A stretch of 64,000 nucleotides of DNA. Origin: Lama glama. Lineage: Eukaryota. Positions within the stretch are counted from its first letter, which is position 1; every line of letters begins with the position of its first letter. The notes below the pieces were generated by a model that saw only the letters and a list, made by a program, of their open reading frames with translations, searched no databases and was not told where the DNA came from. Below are positions 14,617 through 28,777 of the stretch, piece by piece. Position numbers and translations under genes: made by a program. The DNA lies in assembly GCA_028534125.1 (NCBI GenBank), contig CM052816.1, positions 88,104,001 through 88,168,000 of the forward strand. The letters run 5' to 3'.

Positions 14617-15689
14617 TGGGCAGATAAATGGAATGGATGGCTAGTAAGGTAGATAAATCTTTCTTACTCTTAACATGGCAGAATCATCCGATCAAATAAA
14701 AACAAATCATTTTGGGTGTGTTGGGTGTTGTTTCAAATAAACTCTGATTAACTGGTCCTTAATACCTTGGCTAAATACATTTGAATCAAAAGTGATTTCT
14801 TTATCCTTTGAAATATGATGCTGCAAGCCAAAATACAAAGCTTAGTGAATTATAGCTGAGAGCCACTGAGTGAATGAATTCCAAACTCACATTTCATCAT
14901 GATTTTTATGAAATTTCCTGACAACATCTGTGAAAATAATTTCTAAATTGCGTTAAGATGGCACCCTTGTACCATCACTAGAAGTCAGGATTCAGTATGT
15001 GTTGCTGGGAGCAGGCATTAGCATTTGTATTGGTGTTCACAGTCTAAAATTCTTGGCACAGGACAGAGAGATAAAGTGCTCATAAAAATGGATTCACTTA
15101 TCCATCAAAGCACATTTGAATCACAAGGTGTAAATATATATAGTCTAAAATATTTAGGACAAATCTAGGAGGAAAGTTTTATAACCTTAGAGTGCTTTTG
15201 GATCATTGACTGAATAAGAAATTATAAGTTGATGTCACAGCATTACGTGTGCCAGGGAATACTCTGAGGTCAGGCTGAACAGAGTCAGCTCTGAGGGCAG
15301 AGAAAAATCAAATTGCCTGTTCTGATCCTAGAAGTACAGCTCAAGAGGGAATAACTTCTACTCTGGAGGATTTTTAATGGCATAAGTCTTTTCTAATCCT
15401 TAGAAGTTTTGATTATTTCAGGCAGATTTGATAAGTTAACGAACTTTTCTTTCTTGGGTGTCTCATAAAGTACTCCAATATCATCACAGTCTGCTTGCTT
15501 GCATTTTAATGTATTTTAAATACGCATCTCAAAGTCACACTTCTCTAACACGTAGGAGTTAAAATCCAGATCAGTGTTTGAATATTAAGGTATGGGACTT
15601 GAAGACAGGAATCATACTAGTGTTGCACATTAAGAGTTTGTCACCCTAGGAGAGTAAATGGTGAGTACGTATTATTTATTTTACACACA

Positions 15690-15885
15690 CTCAGATAGCA
15701 CATGCCATGTGGAAAACCTTATTCTACTTCTGTATTAATTTTAACTCAGTTAATACTGATAGAAAATGGGTACTATTTTTTTTCACTTCTTTTGAATATG
15801 AGGAAACTGAAACAGAGAGGTTAAGGAATTTGCTCGAAGTCACACAGTTAGCTAGTGGTCGATCTAGGATTCAAGCGTGGGCACC
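15690..15885 (-). mobile_element. MIR
   Basis: Core atgaggaaactgaaacagagaggttaaggaatttgctcgaagtcacacag..ggattcaa. Confidence 0.8.
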
Positions 15886-18800
15886 ATGGCTCCCGAGATG
15901 AAGATGGCGAGCATGATGGCAAGCGATGTAGTCTCTCCTCACTGGAGAAATCTGCTAGAGAAATTGTGCAGGACTGGGCTCCTCCACCAGGGCTGCTCAT
16001 TGGAGCCACTTTCAGATAAAGCATTTCTGAAATCTGCCACATTTACAACTTTAAGGGGCAAATATAAGAAGATAATTCACAGACGGAAGCTAAGAGCCAA
16101 GTGTTCACAAGCAGTGCAGTGAAATCTAATATAAAATTGATTAAAGACCCAGTTCCTTTAAAGACTGAGCTTACCTGCTGTGCATCTGTGCTAAATTTTA
16201 CTTTGTAATTAAGCTCCGTTTTAGCAGAACTCATGTTTCAACGTCTTATAGTATCCTATGGCTTTATAGCACGTCACGTGTGTGCACACACACTCATTTA
16301 CTCCCTCTACCTGACTTGATTCTGAAAATCTGTTTTACATTCTCTGCTGCTTAATGTCTTCTTTATGTTGTAAAATGTACATTTATTGTTCAATCCTGTT
16401 TGAACACAAATTTGAGTATACTTATCATTCTATAACTTCTAAACTCGAATTGTTATAATTTCTTGGTTATAATGCAGTGTATACATAAGGCAAAGGCAAA
16501 GAGAAAATGATATGCTACATTAAATTTTTATTTCTCATTGTGTTATGAATCAGTCCTGATAAGGGTTAACATTATTCAGAGAATAAATTTATCTTCCCTT
16601 AGGTTTGTGCCCCATATTGTGGCTAAATCTTGCTTATGTGATTTTTTTTCAAAATGCATTACCATTCATTTTTGATTCTGCTTTCTCAAATGTGAACAGT
16701 GATGTACATTAGAACTTCCAGACAAGTTACACTCCCAATTTACTGTTTAAAAAAGACTCTAAAGGCCATAATGAGGTGTGAGGTTGCCCATTTAGAATAT
16801 TGTGTGTTTAGTATTTGTGTTTTTGTGTGTACATGTGAGTATTATAAGTATTCACCAATAAATATCTATTTGGGACTTACTTCTACAGATGTGAGATGTA
16901 CAAAGAACGAATGTGGAAAGGCTGCTGATGTAAAACACTTTGTAGTCCATGAGAAGAACACATGATGTATAGAGTTTCAAAAAAATTAAAATGTGCTGAG
17001 GCTGGTGGGAGGACAGAGAAGTGGACAAAATATTTCTGCTTGGGAGCAGAAAAATAAGGATTCAGAAGTGGCAGCGGAGCTGGGAAATCAGAAGTGAGTG
17101 GGGTTTCCCCACATGGTGAAAGCGAATGGCCTCCAGGTAGCAGGCTCACCAGAGTGGGATCGCAGAGGTGTGGAAGCCTCAAATAAACAATGAATGAGTA
17201 TGTACCATCACTCCACGGGGTCTCGGCCGCGCAGCTGGAAGTTAATCTGGGAAGGATAATGAAACTCGTTCACGTCATGCTATTCATAGCACATCAGTGA
17301 ATTTAGATACTGTTTCTTTCAACAGGAATAGAATCTCATTAGAAGTGCTTTTTTTTTTTTCTAATTCTAACTTTCTTTTTTAATGAATGAGAGTAACATG
17401 ATGATCTTGTGTTATGGGACAATGACTCTGACGGTCCCGTGTAAAAGATACTGGACAAGGAAGCAATAAGATGTTTTTGAACCTTGCACTTGAGAGTGAG
17501 GATCCAAACCAGTTGAGACAGCTGCAGGGGTAACGAAAAAGCAAAGAATATATTCAATGAATAGAATGTTCTTACACATCTGGGAAATATATATATATGC
17601 CATAAATTCAATATAATCCATTTATATTTTCAATGTATTTTTAGCAGATTTGCTTATTTAATACCTAAATGCAAAAAAAATACATAGAATAGAAGCCTGT
17701 CATGCTGGAAGTGGTGTTTGACAGAATAAATTATTATGTAGTGTATTGTTTTTTATTGTCTGTTGGGAGCAGTACCTCGTGTTTAGCAGGGACCACTGAA
17801 CATTTTTTGATTGAAAGAAGGAATGGATTGCCCACTTTAGCTGAAATCATGAGGCAGTTGGGCTCAGTTCCACTCCTGCTTCTCTACTATTTTGTACAAG
17901 AATGCCTTTCAGTGTCAATAAGAATGACTTTAATATCATTGGGCCTCAATTCTTCAATTGTGAAATGCAGACACTGTGAAATGTCAGATTATTTTTGAAA
18001 TTCATCTCCATTGATAATATTCATTTTAATGAAATCAAATAAAACATAATTATTACACTGTGCACACGCAAGCAGAAGTACCCCTTGCGTGGTTGCGTTA
18101 TGAAAGACAGCTGGCTTGCCAACTCTTAGGCTCCAGAACCCACATGCTCATTGTGTAGAATTTAAGAAGAAGAGATATTTAAACCCCCTAATCTCATCAA
18201 ACATGGTTGTAAAATACTATTTTTAAGGTAGGTATACACACATGCAGATATAGGTAAACAAATATACATAAAGGAACATCACTTACAGTGACCACAAAAC
18301 TAGAAAATAATCTTTAATAAGCTAAGTCAATGTAAGCTAGTGAAGATACTTTTAATAGACGGATACAAACTACGAAAGCAGAATGGGGTAAGAAGGCAAA
18401 TACAGTTTACATACATTCCCCCATACACAAAATAAAAACGATGAATAAACACAGGAGGATAAAGTTCACTCCTAATATGAAAAGATAAACATAAGAACGA
18501 TGAAGACTGGTGAAAATGCTGGAAAATACGCTGGGCAGGTAAGAATGTAAACTGAGGCAGTGCTTTTTGGCCTCAATATCTATCAACATGTTGAATTCAT
18601 ACGCTTTGAGACCCAGCGATCCCAATGGTAGGAATTCACCAATTGCAGAATTGTTTGTAACAGGGAAAAAAAAAACCTCACAAAATTCTCTACACAGAGT
18701 GCCCACTCAATGGAGAGTGTTTAAAAGTGAGGGTGATGTGCTTATTACTTTAATAATGGTTATATGCTTTTGTAACATGTCTGCCCAGTATATTGCTTAC

Positions 18801-19029
18801 TGAGGAAAGTCAGGTTCAAGAACACATGAGTAGTTTCATCTCCTTCATGTAAATAAAAATTGAAAAAATAGGTTAGTAGGTAAGTAGATAGATAGTTATA
18901 ATGAGATGAATAGTTGCTGGAGGGGTAGCTAAATTCCAGAACATTCCTGAAAGAGGTTTTAAAACAGTGGTTCCCCCATGACCTCTCTTTTTCATCATGT
19001 TTCAGTTTACAGCAAGGGGGCCTCTGAGG

Positions 19030-19537
19030 TCCCTCTCAACACTCAGCAAGCCCCTGCCTCAGGACCTCTTTGTACCTAGAACTGCCTTGGCATATGGCCT
19101 GAGTTTTCAAAAAAATAAAGAAAGAAAAAGAAAAACTCACTTTATTTAGATCTCCACGTAAATGAGATTTCCTAAAGTTTGCTTTTCCTGATGGCCATAT
19201 GAAACAGCCCCTCATCTGTCCCTCTCTGCTTCCTTATACTGCTTCACTGTATTTCTTAGCACTCATCATAATGAGATATCAGAGCTCTCTATGTTTATAT
19301 CTACATCTGTATCTTTGTCTTTATAGCTATATAGCTCTCTACAACTACATCTATATATTTGTTTGTTTTAAAATCTGCTTGTCTTACCACTCCCCTCTGG
19401 ATAGAATTCTTGAGGACTTGAGTAGGTCTCTCAATTTTTTCTACTGTGTTTTCCTAGCACCCTGAGCAGTGTGCCTGGCATGTCATAGGAAACCAGTGAA
19501 TATTTATTAAAAGAATAACTAACTGAATGGATGAACA
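19030..19537 (+). mobile_element. L2 3' end
   Basis: cctgcctcaggacct...cctagcacc..gtgcctggca..gaatatttattaaaagaat..tgaatggatgaa terminus. Confidence 0.7.
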
Positions 19538-22508
19538 CATGCTAGTAACTTTAAGAGAAGTCCCTAGAAACCATCACACTACTCTGTGTGTTTGTGTATG
19601 GGTTATGCCTGATCAAAGTCGACATGTGTATGAATTCTCAAATCGGAAATACTAAATTAAACCCTATGCCTTTTATTGGTGTTTTCAAGAAAAATGGTTA
19701 AAGAATATTGACTAATTTAATTCATCTGGGCAATGTATTCTTAACACGTTTTTTATTCAGAATTTTATGGTGGTATAAAGGTTTATTGGAGTTAGCTTTT
19801 CAAATATATTTTAGTACATACGTTTGTGTATCCTAAACTGATACCTAATTTGGTTCTTCTTTGAACTCTAACTCACAGTTATCTAGGTGTTTTAATGAAA
19901 ACCTTATTTAGTTCGTGGTTTATATCACATGGGCTTCTCCTAACGCCTGGTCTTTCTTCGTGAGGATTATATAACTCTCAATGAGTGATCTACTTTTCTC
20001 TTCCTTGACCCCTTAAAATTTAGAATTGAGCTGTTACTATCAAATAATTATTTTAATATTAGCTTTATCTGCTAATTAATTGCACTAATTAATTTACTGC
20101 TGATCAGAGCAGTGTTACGTGGAAAGTTGACGTGATCCGGTTCTCTCGATGGCACATTCTGAACTTCATCTCCAGCTGATTGTAAAGGAATTGTTTCCCT
20201 GTGAGTTACATTCTCTCTGATTGTCAACATTTAGAGTGACTCCATTGTCACCTAGGATTGGAGTGATAGGAGAACAAACTCCAGGATGACTGCTACACAC
20301 AAGAACACCACTCCCGCTTTTGTGGATGTCACTGACTATGTTATTTCCTTGTTTCACACTAAACATGCTCCCAACCACAATCTCCTGCTCCTACCCCTTG
20401 GGTACTTCGTGTTTAGTAGTGTCAGGAACTGGTGTGCTCTGCAAGCACTGAGGAAGGAGGTCTTTGGAGATGTATCTGCTTCAGGAACTCAGTTGAGTCT
20501 TCTTAATGAAGAGAGTATGAAATCTCTCTTTTGTATTAGTTTGGTGAAAGCCATGGAACAGCCAGCAAAAAAGCTGATATAATAATGTTTAACTGCGCTT
20601 TTGTAAACACCTGTAAAGGTAGCTCTAAGTACTCGTGGATAACTTACACTGGAATCTGCTTTTTCACTAAACCAGAGTAAATCTCTACTGTAGCTGAGCA
20701 GATAACCATTTTTGATGATACTGTGGTTAAAACAAGTGCCATTATTTTGGTTACCCAGTTGAGTTGGATCATTTACAGTTGGACAAAGAGAAATTGAATT
20801 ATGCATATTTGCTGCTTTTATAACTTATGGGAATACTTCTTAATTCACTCCTTTAACATTTGGGCTTAAAAGTGATTAACAAAAATTTAATATACATTTG
20901 GAAGACAATATTTTTCTGCCTTCTTAATGAAGGTTCATATTAATATTAACAACAAAAATGTAAAAGAAAAGATACTATCTGATTCATCTTTCTATTTTGC
21001 ATTGAGCCTATGGTGATAGATAAAAGTTTATGAAATTTGTTACTACATATTTTCTAGAAGATAAACATTTTCTTCAAAGATATCCTCAAAGTAAAACAAT
21101 TTACAGATTTTTCAACTGCAATATTTATGTCTAGAATTGGGCATTATTTAATGTTTATAGACTTTACATATGTGTGATGAAGTGATAACGAAGATTCAGG
21201 TGAGTGATTTTTCTGGGGAGAAAAATTGCTACTCAGAAGACAGAAGGAAAGAGGGGAATTTACTCTTGCAACTGTTCATGCCTACAGCATTAAGGAGGAC
21301 ATGGTTTTGATGAATCCTTAATACATGTCCCTAATGCCTATCAGTGCCTATTTGTCAGTTATTAGTGATGATGCAAATATTTTGATGACAATAATGATAT
21401 TGATGGATGATGATGGATGCCTCAGTTATCACTCTTGCCCTCTTAGAAATGTTTGCCTACTTTCCTTCTAGTAGTTTCCTTTCCTGGGAAAGGCTGTTGT
21501 AATAAACCGCATGTTTCATCTGTTGATACAGCTAGAATTCACCAGTGAATCCTAAGATTAAGCATTTGTCATTGACTATCTGCTGAAAATTATGATTTTG
21601 TACTTTTTTTCACTTTCTAACACTTCAGTTAACAAAAAAGTAGAGGTGGAGATGATTCGTTTTCTTAGCTTTTAGAGCAAACCTAATATTGAGCTTGTTC
21701 CCAGTTTGCACTGACTTAAGAGAAAAGCCTGAATGAGAAACTGAATGGAATGGAAACTCTGCTTTCTCAAAAGTAAGCAGTTATACTGAATGCCTCCCGG
21801 AGGTGAAGGGCGTTCTGGCCACTGTAGAAGTTTGGATGTACATATCACTCCCTTTATGATCAGCAGGCGTTTCCTTCTTTCATCAGCAACTTATTATTTT
21901 ATTTATACTAAATTTGATACTTTGACTTTGCTTTGTTCGCAACTCAGAATAGTAACATTGTATGGACATTAAGAAGAGATACCCAAAAAGTTCTTAGTAA
22001 AAACTTCGACTATGACTATGAATATATAAGACAAAAATGCTGAAAAAAATCTCCCATCATATTCTCTTAGAACATAAGTAATATGGCTAAGTATCAAAAA
22101 ATGAGAAAAGCTACAGATAATTTGGATCGCCTTTAAAGTTTTCCTATGTCAGTGAACACTTAGGTTAATTCAGTCTGGAGGCATAAAGATACTTCTCTTG
22201 CTAGAACTGCAATTATTTTCCGTTCCTCTTTTTCTCAAATATTCCTTCCTAATTAAAGGCTTCCTAAGCTAGTATGTAATTGTTGATTTTTAAATTGCAA
22301 TTGCAAATTACTTACACCCTTTAAAGTTCAGTAAGCCTTTAAACCTTTTAGCTTTTCTATTGATACTCAATCATGCAATTAAAGCATCTGCAATAAGCAG
22401 ATGAGCTAATGTAAGCAGTGTCAAGTTTTCTTTGGTGTCCAAATCAATAAAGCTATTGTGATGACTCTCAAGTCAATGATCTAGCTACTGGAAATGGACC
22501 CAGCTTTT

Positions 22509-22617
22509 TTTTTTTTTAATGTCTTTTTATTGGGGGGGGGTGGGTAATTAGGTTTATTTAGTTATTTAATAAAGGTACTGGGAATTAAACCCAGGACCTC
22601 ATGCTATACCCTTCCCG
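22509..22617 (-). mobile_element. tRNA-Ala-derived SINE (vic-1-like), internally deleted, with 14-bp TSD
   Basis: B-box-like GGGTTTAATTCCCAGTACC, AAACCTAATTACCC tail and poly(A). TSD TGGACCCAGCTTTT at 22495-22508 and 22618-22631. Confidence 0.85.
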
Positions 22618-22845
22618 TGGACCCAGCTTTTAAAAAGATATTAAAATTATTCATCATTTGCATTAATAGCTAATATTGTTGCCCAACATTTTGGTTATAA
22701 TCTTTAAGTTGTTCTCAGTGACATCATATACCCACAGAATTAACCAATGCCAAATTCCAAAGGAAAACGGAGTCCAGAAGATAAAAGACATGACCTTGAG
22801 CTCTGTGAAACAGAGATGCTAGAGTCATATTATCTTATTTTCCAG

Positions 22846-22965
22846 GTGCATATGTGCTCCAGGTCAAGGCCACGGACGCAGATGATCCAACATATGGAAA
22901 CAGTGCCAGAGTCGTTTACAGCATTCTTCAGGGACAACCTTATTTCTCTATTGATCCCAAGACAG
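22846..22965 (+). CDS. CDH12: Cadherin-12 internal coding exon (120 nt, phase 1-1), EC2 repeat
   Basis: Acceptor cttattttccAG|GT and donor ACAG|GTaac. My translation is (G)[39 protein letters not shown](G), containing the cadherin A-x-D-x-D motif. It matches recalled CDH12 and joins the next exon in frame. This frame is absent from the ORF track. Confidence 0.96.
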
Positions 22966-25900
22966 GTAACTTTTTTATTAGAGACAACATGATCACCTCC
23001 CCTTCAAATATTTAAATGTTAATTACATCTTGGCATGGGAAGTTGCCTCTTCTAACGCTGAAGTAAAGATTCAGTGTGCTGCCGCCCATGAAGCAAAGGA
23101 AGATGGGACCTTACCTTGCTGCTGCAGAACTAAGTCCTTCGGACTGAAATTGGTATAAGTATAAAATTTTTCACCTATATGTGCAACGTCTGAATTTGTT
23201 ATTTAGGAATTCTCTGTATGATTTACTTTAAATTTTCAAAAGTCCAGGCATATTTGTTTTTTGTTTCTTCTGGCTAAAATTGCTTTTTATTTTGGTTGTT
23301 CTTGATCGGGTTCACTAATATTCAGTTTGGGGCCTTATCAACCCAAGAGTATAGAACTTCTCTTCTTATCTTCATCAAGGGTTCTGGATGGTGAATTTGG
23401 ATAAATATAGACTTATACTTCCAGTAGGGGAAAAAAGAGGGCTGACAAACTTGAAACACCAAGATCACTCATTTTTCTGGTCTGTGTTTTTGAAGCCAGT
23501 CTCATTTTTAAGTCAAACCATTTAAATACCAGTTTTCAAAGCCCAGTATATATGTCCCATATAGAATCTAAGGAAGGCAGGAGAACCCGCAGGAAGAGTT
23601 TGTATTCCCTTTAAAATGAAATAAAGCACCCCCTGTTTCTAGAGAATCTGTTTTTGAATGAAGAGAGTTTTTAAGGAGATCCAGTCAAGCTGACCAGTGA
23701 TCAAAGCAGGTGTTCCATGTCACAGTTAAAGCAGAAACTCCGTGATGACAACTGTTTTATCAACCCTTATATAACGCATTACAGTATATTGCATATTGAA
23801 TTCAACTTTATTTATTACATTAGTTTAAAGTAAACTAAGTTATTATTAAAATTTGCAAATAGATCTTTAAAGAACTACATCAATTTAAGAGGTATTTGCT
23901 TCCTACACTATACGTGCAAATGGGTTAAACATTAAAAAATTTATACTTCCTCCGAAGTGTGCGCTAAAATCTGGAATACCAATTAGATATAGGTTAATTA
24001 ATAATTAACCATGAATTGATGTTGCCTGGAAACAAAAGGTCAATTAAGTGGAAATAAAGAACCTGCAAACTTTCTGTCAACTGAATCTGCCATTCTTTCC
24101 TCACTTCTCACCCTCTTCATCAAGCCATCAAAATGTTAAGGGAATGAGGCTGGGAATTGCTTCCTTTTGTAAACCTAAAAAAGAGAAGGTTGTAGTAAGG
24201 ACATTCCCTTTAAGAAGGGAACGTCAAGTGCTGAAGAAAGTCCAGAAAAGTTTAGGACAAAGAAGCTCTTTTGGTTTGGAAATAGGCTCAGAGACCAAAA
24301 GCCAGAGTGTCAAATGTTAAGAGTGTGTGATGGGGAAATTACACCTACAATGTAAATTATTTTCAAGAAGTAGTCAGTGGAGATAAGAGAAGAGAATGTT
24401 TGGCAATACAAGTTTTAAGGAAGTTTTGTGGTGGTGGTTGTTTACCTTTGAGAAAATCATATATTTGTGGAAAAAGGGAAAGAATTGCTGATCAAAATTT
24501 GGGGAAGTTATTCAATTAAGTTTATGATCATACAAAGCTGCAGAGGGATTAAGAAGGTTTGGACAATAGACCAAATGTTTAAACAAATAATGAAGAGATT
24601 ATCTACATCCTTTTATTAGATGGGGGCATTATGGGTTATTTTTCTGGTACAATTATATTTTCCAAATTGATGATATATTTCTCTTAGATCACTTCAGCCT
24701 CAGAGGAGCATTTCTCACAGGGAGGATGGGAGAAAAAGAAAGGAAGGTGTGTAGAGATGGGTGAGGAAAGAGGCTTGGTATTAGAATATACTTATTGAGT
24801 TGCAGTAATTAACTCTTTAGAGTAAATGAGTTTATACTCAGGATAAATATGGCAGAAGAAAGATCAGATATTTAATATTGGCAAAATAACTACAGATAGA
24901 GACAATATCTAACTAAAAAAAAGCAAGATAAAGATCATGTAAAGATGAATTTCAACATAAAGCATGGGTGCAAAATACAGTTGCTTTGGTCAAATGAATG
25001 CTGGACAGACAGTAGTTATAAGAATCAAACACTTGCTCTTCCCTTGACTAATTTGTTCAACACAAACTTTAGATGAATCCTAATGCCTTTAGAAAGTATC
25101 GTCTTCCAGAAATGTGTGTATATTCATAATATGGCTTTTATAATTGTGCATTTATATTCTTTATATAATGTTTATTATTTAGAACTGAAGATGAAACAAT
25201 TCTGGCATAAACTATGGAATGGATTTTTCGAAGCATTGATTTTCACTGGAGACAGAAGTCTTGATACTAACAACGCCCCAGACCACTAGACAGGAAAAGA
25301 GTGGATGATGAGGGACTTCATTAATACAATGATAACTAGTTCTTCATGCACAGAAACCATTAAGAAGATGTTTTGTCAAATTTATCACCTTGCGGTAGAG
25401 AAAAGTAAATCAAAAATCAAGGATAATTGCAATTTCTCAGAAATAGCCTCCATTTGTTTCAGCCATATAGCTTCCTTTCATGATTCCTTTTGCTATTATT
25501 AAATAAAATGCATGAAAAACTAATATTATCTGAAATTTTCCACATTTGAGTGTGGAATAGAGTTTAAAATAATTTGTAAAGGAAGAGTCTCATCAAAACT
25601 TCTGGTGCCTAAATATTTATGAAGAGATAAATATCATTTATTATTAATTTAGAATGAGATATTAAAATGTTGTTATTGCTATTGCTGTTTGACAAACAGT
25701 CTTAGCATCTCTATCCGAGGTATCAACACAGAAAGTTTATTTATAAGCAATATAAATTGATGAATTCTATGGCATAAGCCCTAAAATAATAGTTCTCTTT
25801 ATAGTTGGCTAATATGGCAATTATTTGGCTTAACTAAGAGATTAATTATTGTGAATTAAAATTTGCACTCATTCATGTATATGCTTCAAATAATTATTAA

Positions 25901-26427
25901 ATGGTATTTTAATACCCCAGAAATGTAGATAGATTTATAAAACATTAAATAACATTTATCCTTATTATACTGAATGTTTATAAAATATTAAAATGTCTAA
26001 TTGGCATATTATTATATTATATATACTTTACACTTAATGTTTGTTATACACTAGGAAAGCATTTATAATCTATAAAATGCTAAACCATAGGCATTCTAGT
26101 ATTTTATTTAATACATGAAATTGAGATGATAAAGTCTTTCCATAGCATTGCTAATAGAATTATTCCATTTAGGAAAACAAACATTACTATATATGATTGA
26201 TCTCATGACTTAATTTACATTTAAAATTCCTTTAAAGTATTTGAATTTTTCTCTAAATGATTCAAAATGCAGTCTGAGTTGGATAAATAAAAAGTGCTAT
26301 TTTGTGCATCATGTGGTGATACTATGTTGATTTTTTTCTAAATAATCAGAGCTCTACCTGAGAAAGCATTATAATACTATTCTAGCTCAACATTTTAAAG
26401 AATCTACAAACATTAAATTATTCTATC

Positions 26428-26553
26428 ATGATAAAATATACATAACAGAAATGTTACTACTTTAACCATTTTAAAGTGTATTGTTTGATGACATTATGCA
26501 CATCCACATTGTGTAACCATCACCGCCGTCCATCTCCAGAACTTTTGCATCAC
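26428..26553 (-). mobile_element. Old L1M 3' end fragment
   Basis: ttaaccattttaaagtgta...cacattgtgtaaccatcacc...tccagaactttt is typical antisense L1MB-type 3' end text. Confidence 0.7.
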
Positions 26554-28670
26554 TGTCTTTTTATTTATATGCATTGTCAAAAATGCATATTTTTTCCTAT
26601 ATTTTCTATTTTTCATTTTCTGTGTTTACATGTGCATTTATAGAATTGATATGCAAACAACTGAGTGAGAATGAGTTGCATGCATGAGCTCCTTTCTTTT
26701 TTTCCCTTATATTCACTAGTCTGATATTTCATGTTCTATGATTCTGTCCTAGCTTCTGTTTGGGAAATCTGATAAAAGTTACTGGAAGAACTGACACTTT
26801 CTCAAGCTTTCTGAACCTCACTGAATTCAATTACACCTTTTATTTAAAAATTATAATCTTCAAGCTTATATCCTAAGTAAAACCCCCTCCACTATGGTAC
26901 TTATTCTTTTCAGCTTTAAAAAATGTGTTAGTGTTTTAAAACTCCAGAGTAAAATTAAAGCATGGGTCAATCTTTATATTTTGAGCTAATTCTTTATATA
27001 AACTACCATGTAAATATGTTTTATGGCCTGAACACGCTTTTCATATTAATTCAGAGTAAAGTCTTCAGAGTAAAGGATTCAAGACACTTCAGTCAGTGCT
27101 GGTGAGAGAAAGACTGATCCTCTTTTATGTTCAAGAGTGAAATAAGAGTACTTGCCTTCACAAAGCAATCATTTTTTTTAATACCTTTTGCATTAAGAAC
27201 AGGACTGATTGTGGATATAGCAAGGGCAGGAAAAGCAGTGGATGCTAGTAAATATAAGGAAGGAGTAACAAATGAGTCTGGGAAACAATTAAGATTAAAC
27301 AACACACGTTGTTCCCTACTTTGAAATATGTAACACATGTAGTAAAATTACGTGTCTAAACGTGTTCTGGAGACAATGGTTTCCTTGCACTCTGCCTTGT
27401 CACGGTTCATGAGAACTCTGTGTGAACTTCACCTGCCTTATTTTAGAAACCACAGAATGCAAACATCAGCAAAGAGAACTGAGAATATCTGGGCTCAAAA
27501 GGAAAATACTCCAAGGGGACGTGGTACATGCCCTTAGGAAGCTGCAGAGCTGTCGTGTAGAAGACAAATTAGCCATGCTTTGTGCTACCTGAGAGGAAGA
27601 GGGCTATCAGTGGCTGATAGGAGTTACAGGAAGAAAGAATTTTGGTTTCATTCAAAACAAACAAACAAAAAAGATGTTAATGCTTGTCCATAAGTGAGAA
27701 GGGCGCCTCCTGAGATTGTGAGCTTCACATTACTGGAAGTGTTACAGTAGACGATGAGTGATGAGCCCGTGGTGCTGGATTTGAGAATTAATTCCTTTGA
27801 TGTGTATTTATTTTTTAACCAATGGCCTGACAGGTGCTGTGCTACAAGGATACTAAGATGAATCAAGTCCATCCTCAAATAGATCCTCTTCTATATGGGG
27901 GCAGGGGATCAGGTCCTCAGAAGATTACATTTGGGTTTTCTAGGATACAGTTCTGATATGTAGTGTGACCTCTGGGTGCTAGATGTAGACTGATGAGAGG
28001 GGAAACTTTCTGAGGGAAAAACTCTGGGGGAAGTGACTTCCAAATTCTAAAGAATAATTAAGGTGTGTTATAGGTGCAAAGTTGGACCATACAGTCTTTA
28101 AATTGTCTTCCTGCTGCAGATAACCTGGTAATTCTTCTTGTCCTCAAAATGCATTATTGGCAACAATTTTTTTAATTATACACCTTATCAGTGTAATCAT
28201 GGACACCGTATTTTTGTTAATATTGTTTAAGAATGTACTAGCTTTTAAAAAACATCCATTACAGAACAAGAGGAAACTAATTCAGTATAGAATTTCAGAT
28301 AGAGTGACCGGTAGTCCTGCAGAGATGACCTTGACAACAGATGTGAGGGAGGTGGAGTAGCTGTTCATGGTTACATCTCAGAAAGAACAATTCTGGCAGA
28401 GGGAAAAGAGGGTGAAAGGCTCTGGTGAACAAGGGAGGGAGTTCTGGAAGATCAGATGGCCACGTGGGAAGGTGGAGATTATGTGAGGTCTTTCATCTGA
28501 GTGGTCTGGACAGTCTCTGAGGATTTCAGACCAGAGGGGCTCTGTCGTCCGCTACATGCTAAGACCTCACCGCTGTGGCTGCTCTTCTGAGAAACAAACA
28601 GGTCTTTCTGGACTCTAATCTTCAGTGAATGAAGAATGTAGCCATTCATCCATTGGTCATTTTCTTTCTA

Positions 28671-28726
<56 letters not shown>

Positions 28727-28746
28727 CATCCATCCAACCATCCATC
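28671..28746. repeat. (TATC)14 microsatellite followed by an imperfect (CATC) run
   Basis: Perfect TATC run at 28671-28726, then catc catc caac catc catc. Confidence 0.95.
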
Positions 28747-28777
28747 TGAATAGTCTCAAACTAATAGTTAGCATTAT

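Noticed and set aside
1..22845. Upstream CDH12 exon encoding EC1
   Set aside because: I found no LDRE/DINDN-type coding text here; the exon is presumably upstream of the window.
22747..22992. 81-aa ORF from the track
   Set aside because: It overlaps the real CDH12 exon in the wrong frame.
27050..27075. Short direct repeats (TTCAGAGTAAAG twice; a similar pair at about 61006 and 61061)
   Set aside because: These are two-copy slippage-scale repeats with no array structure.
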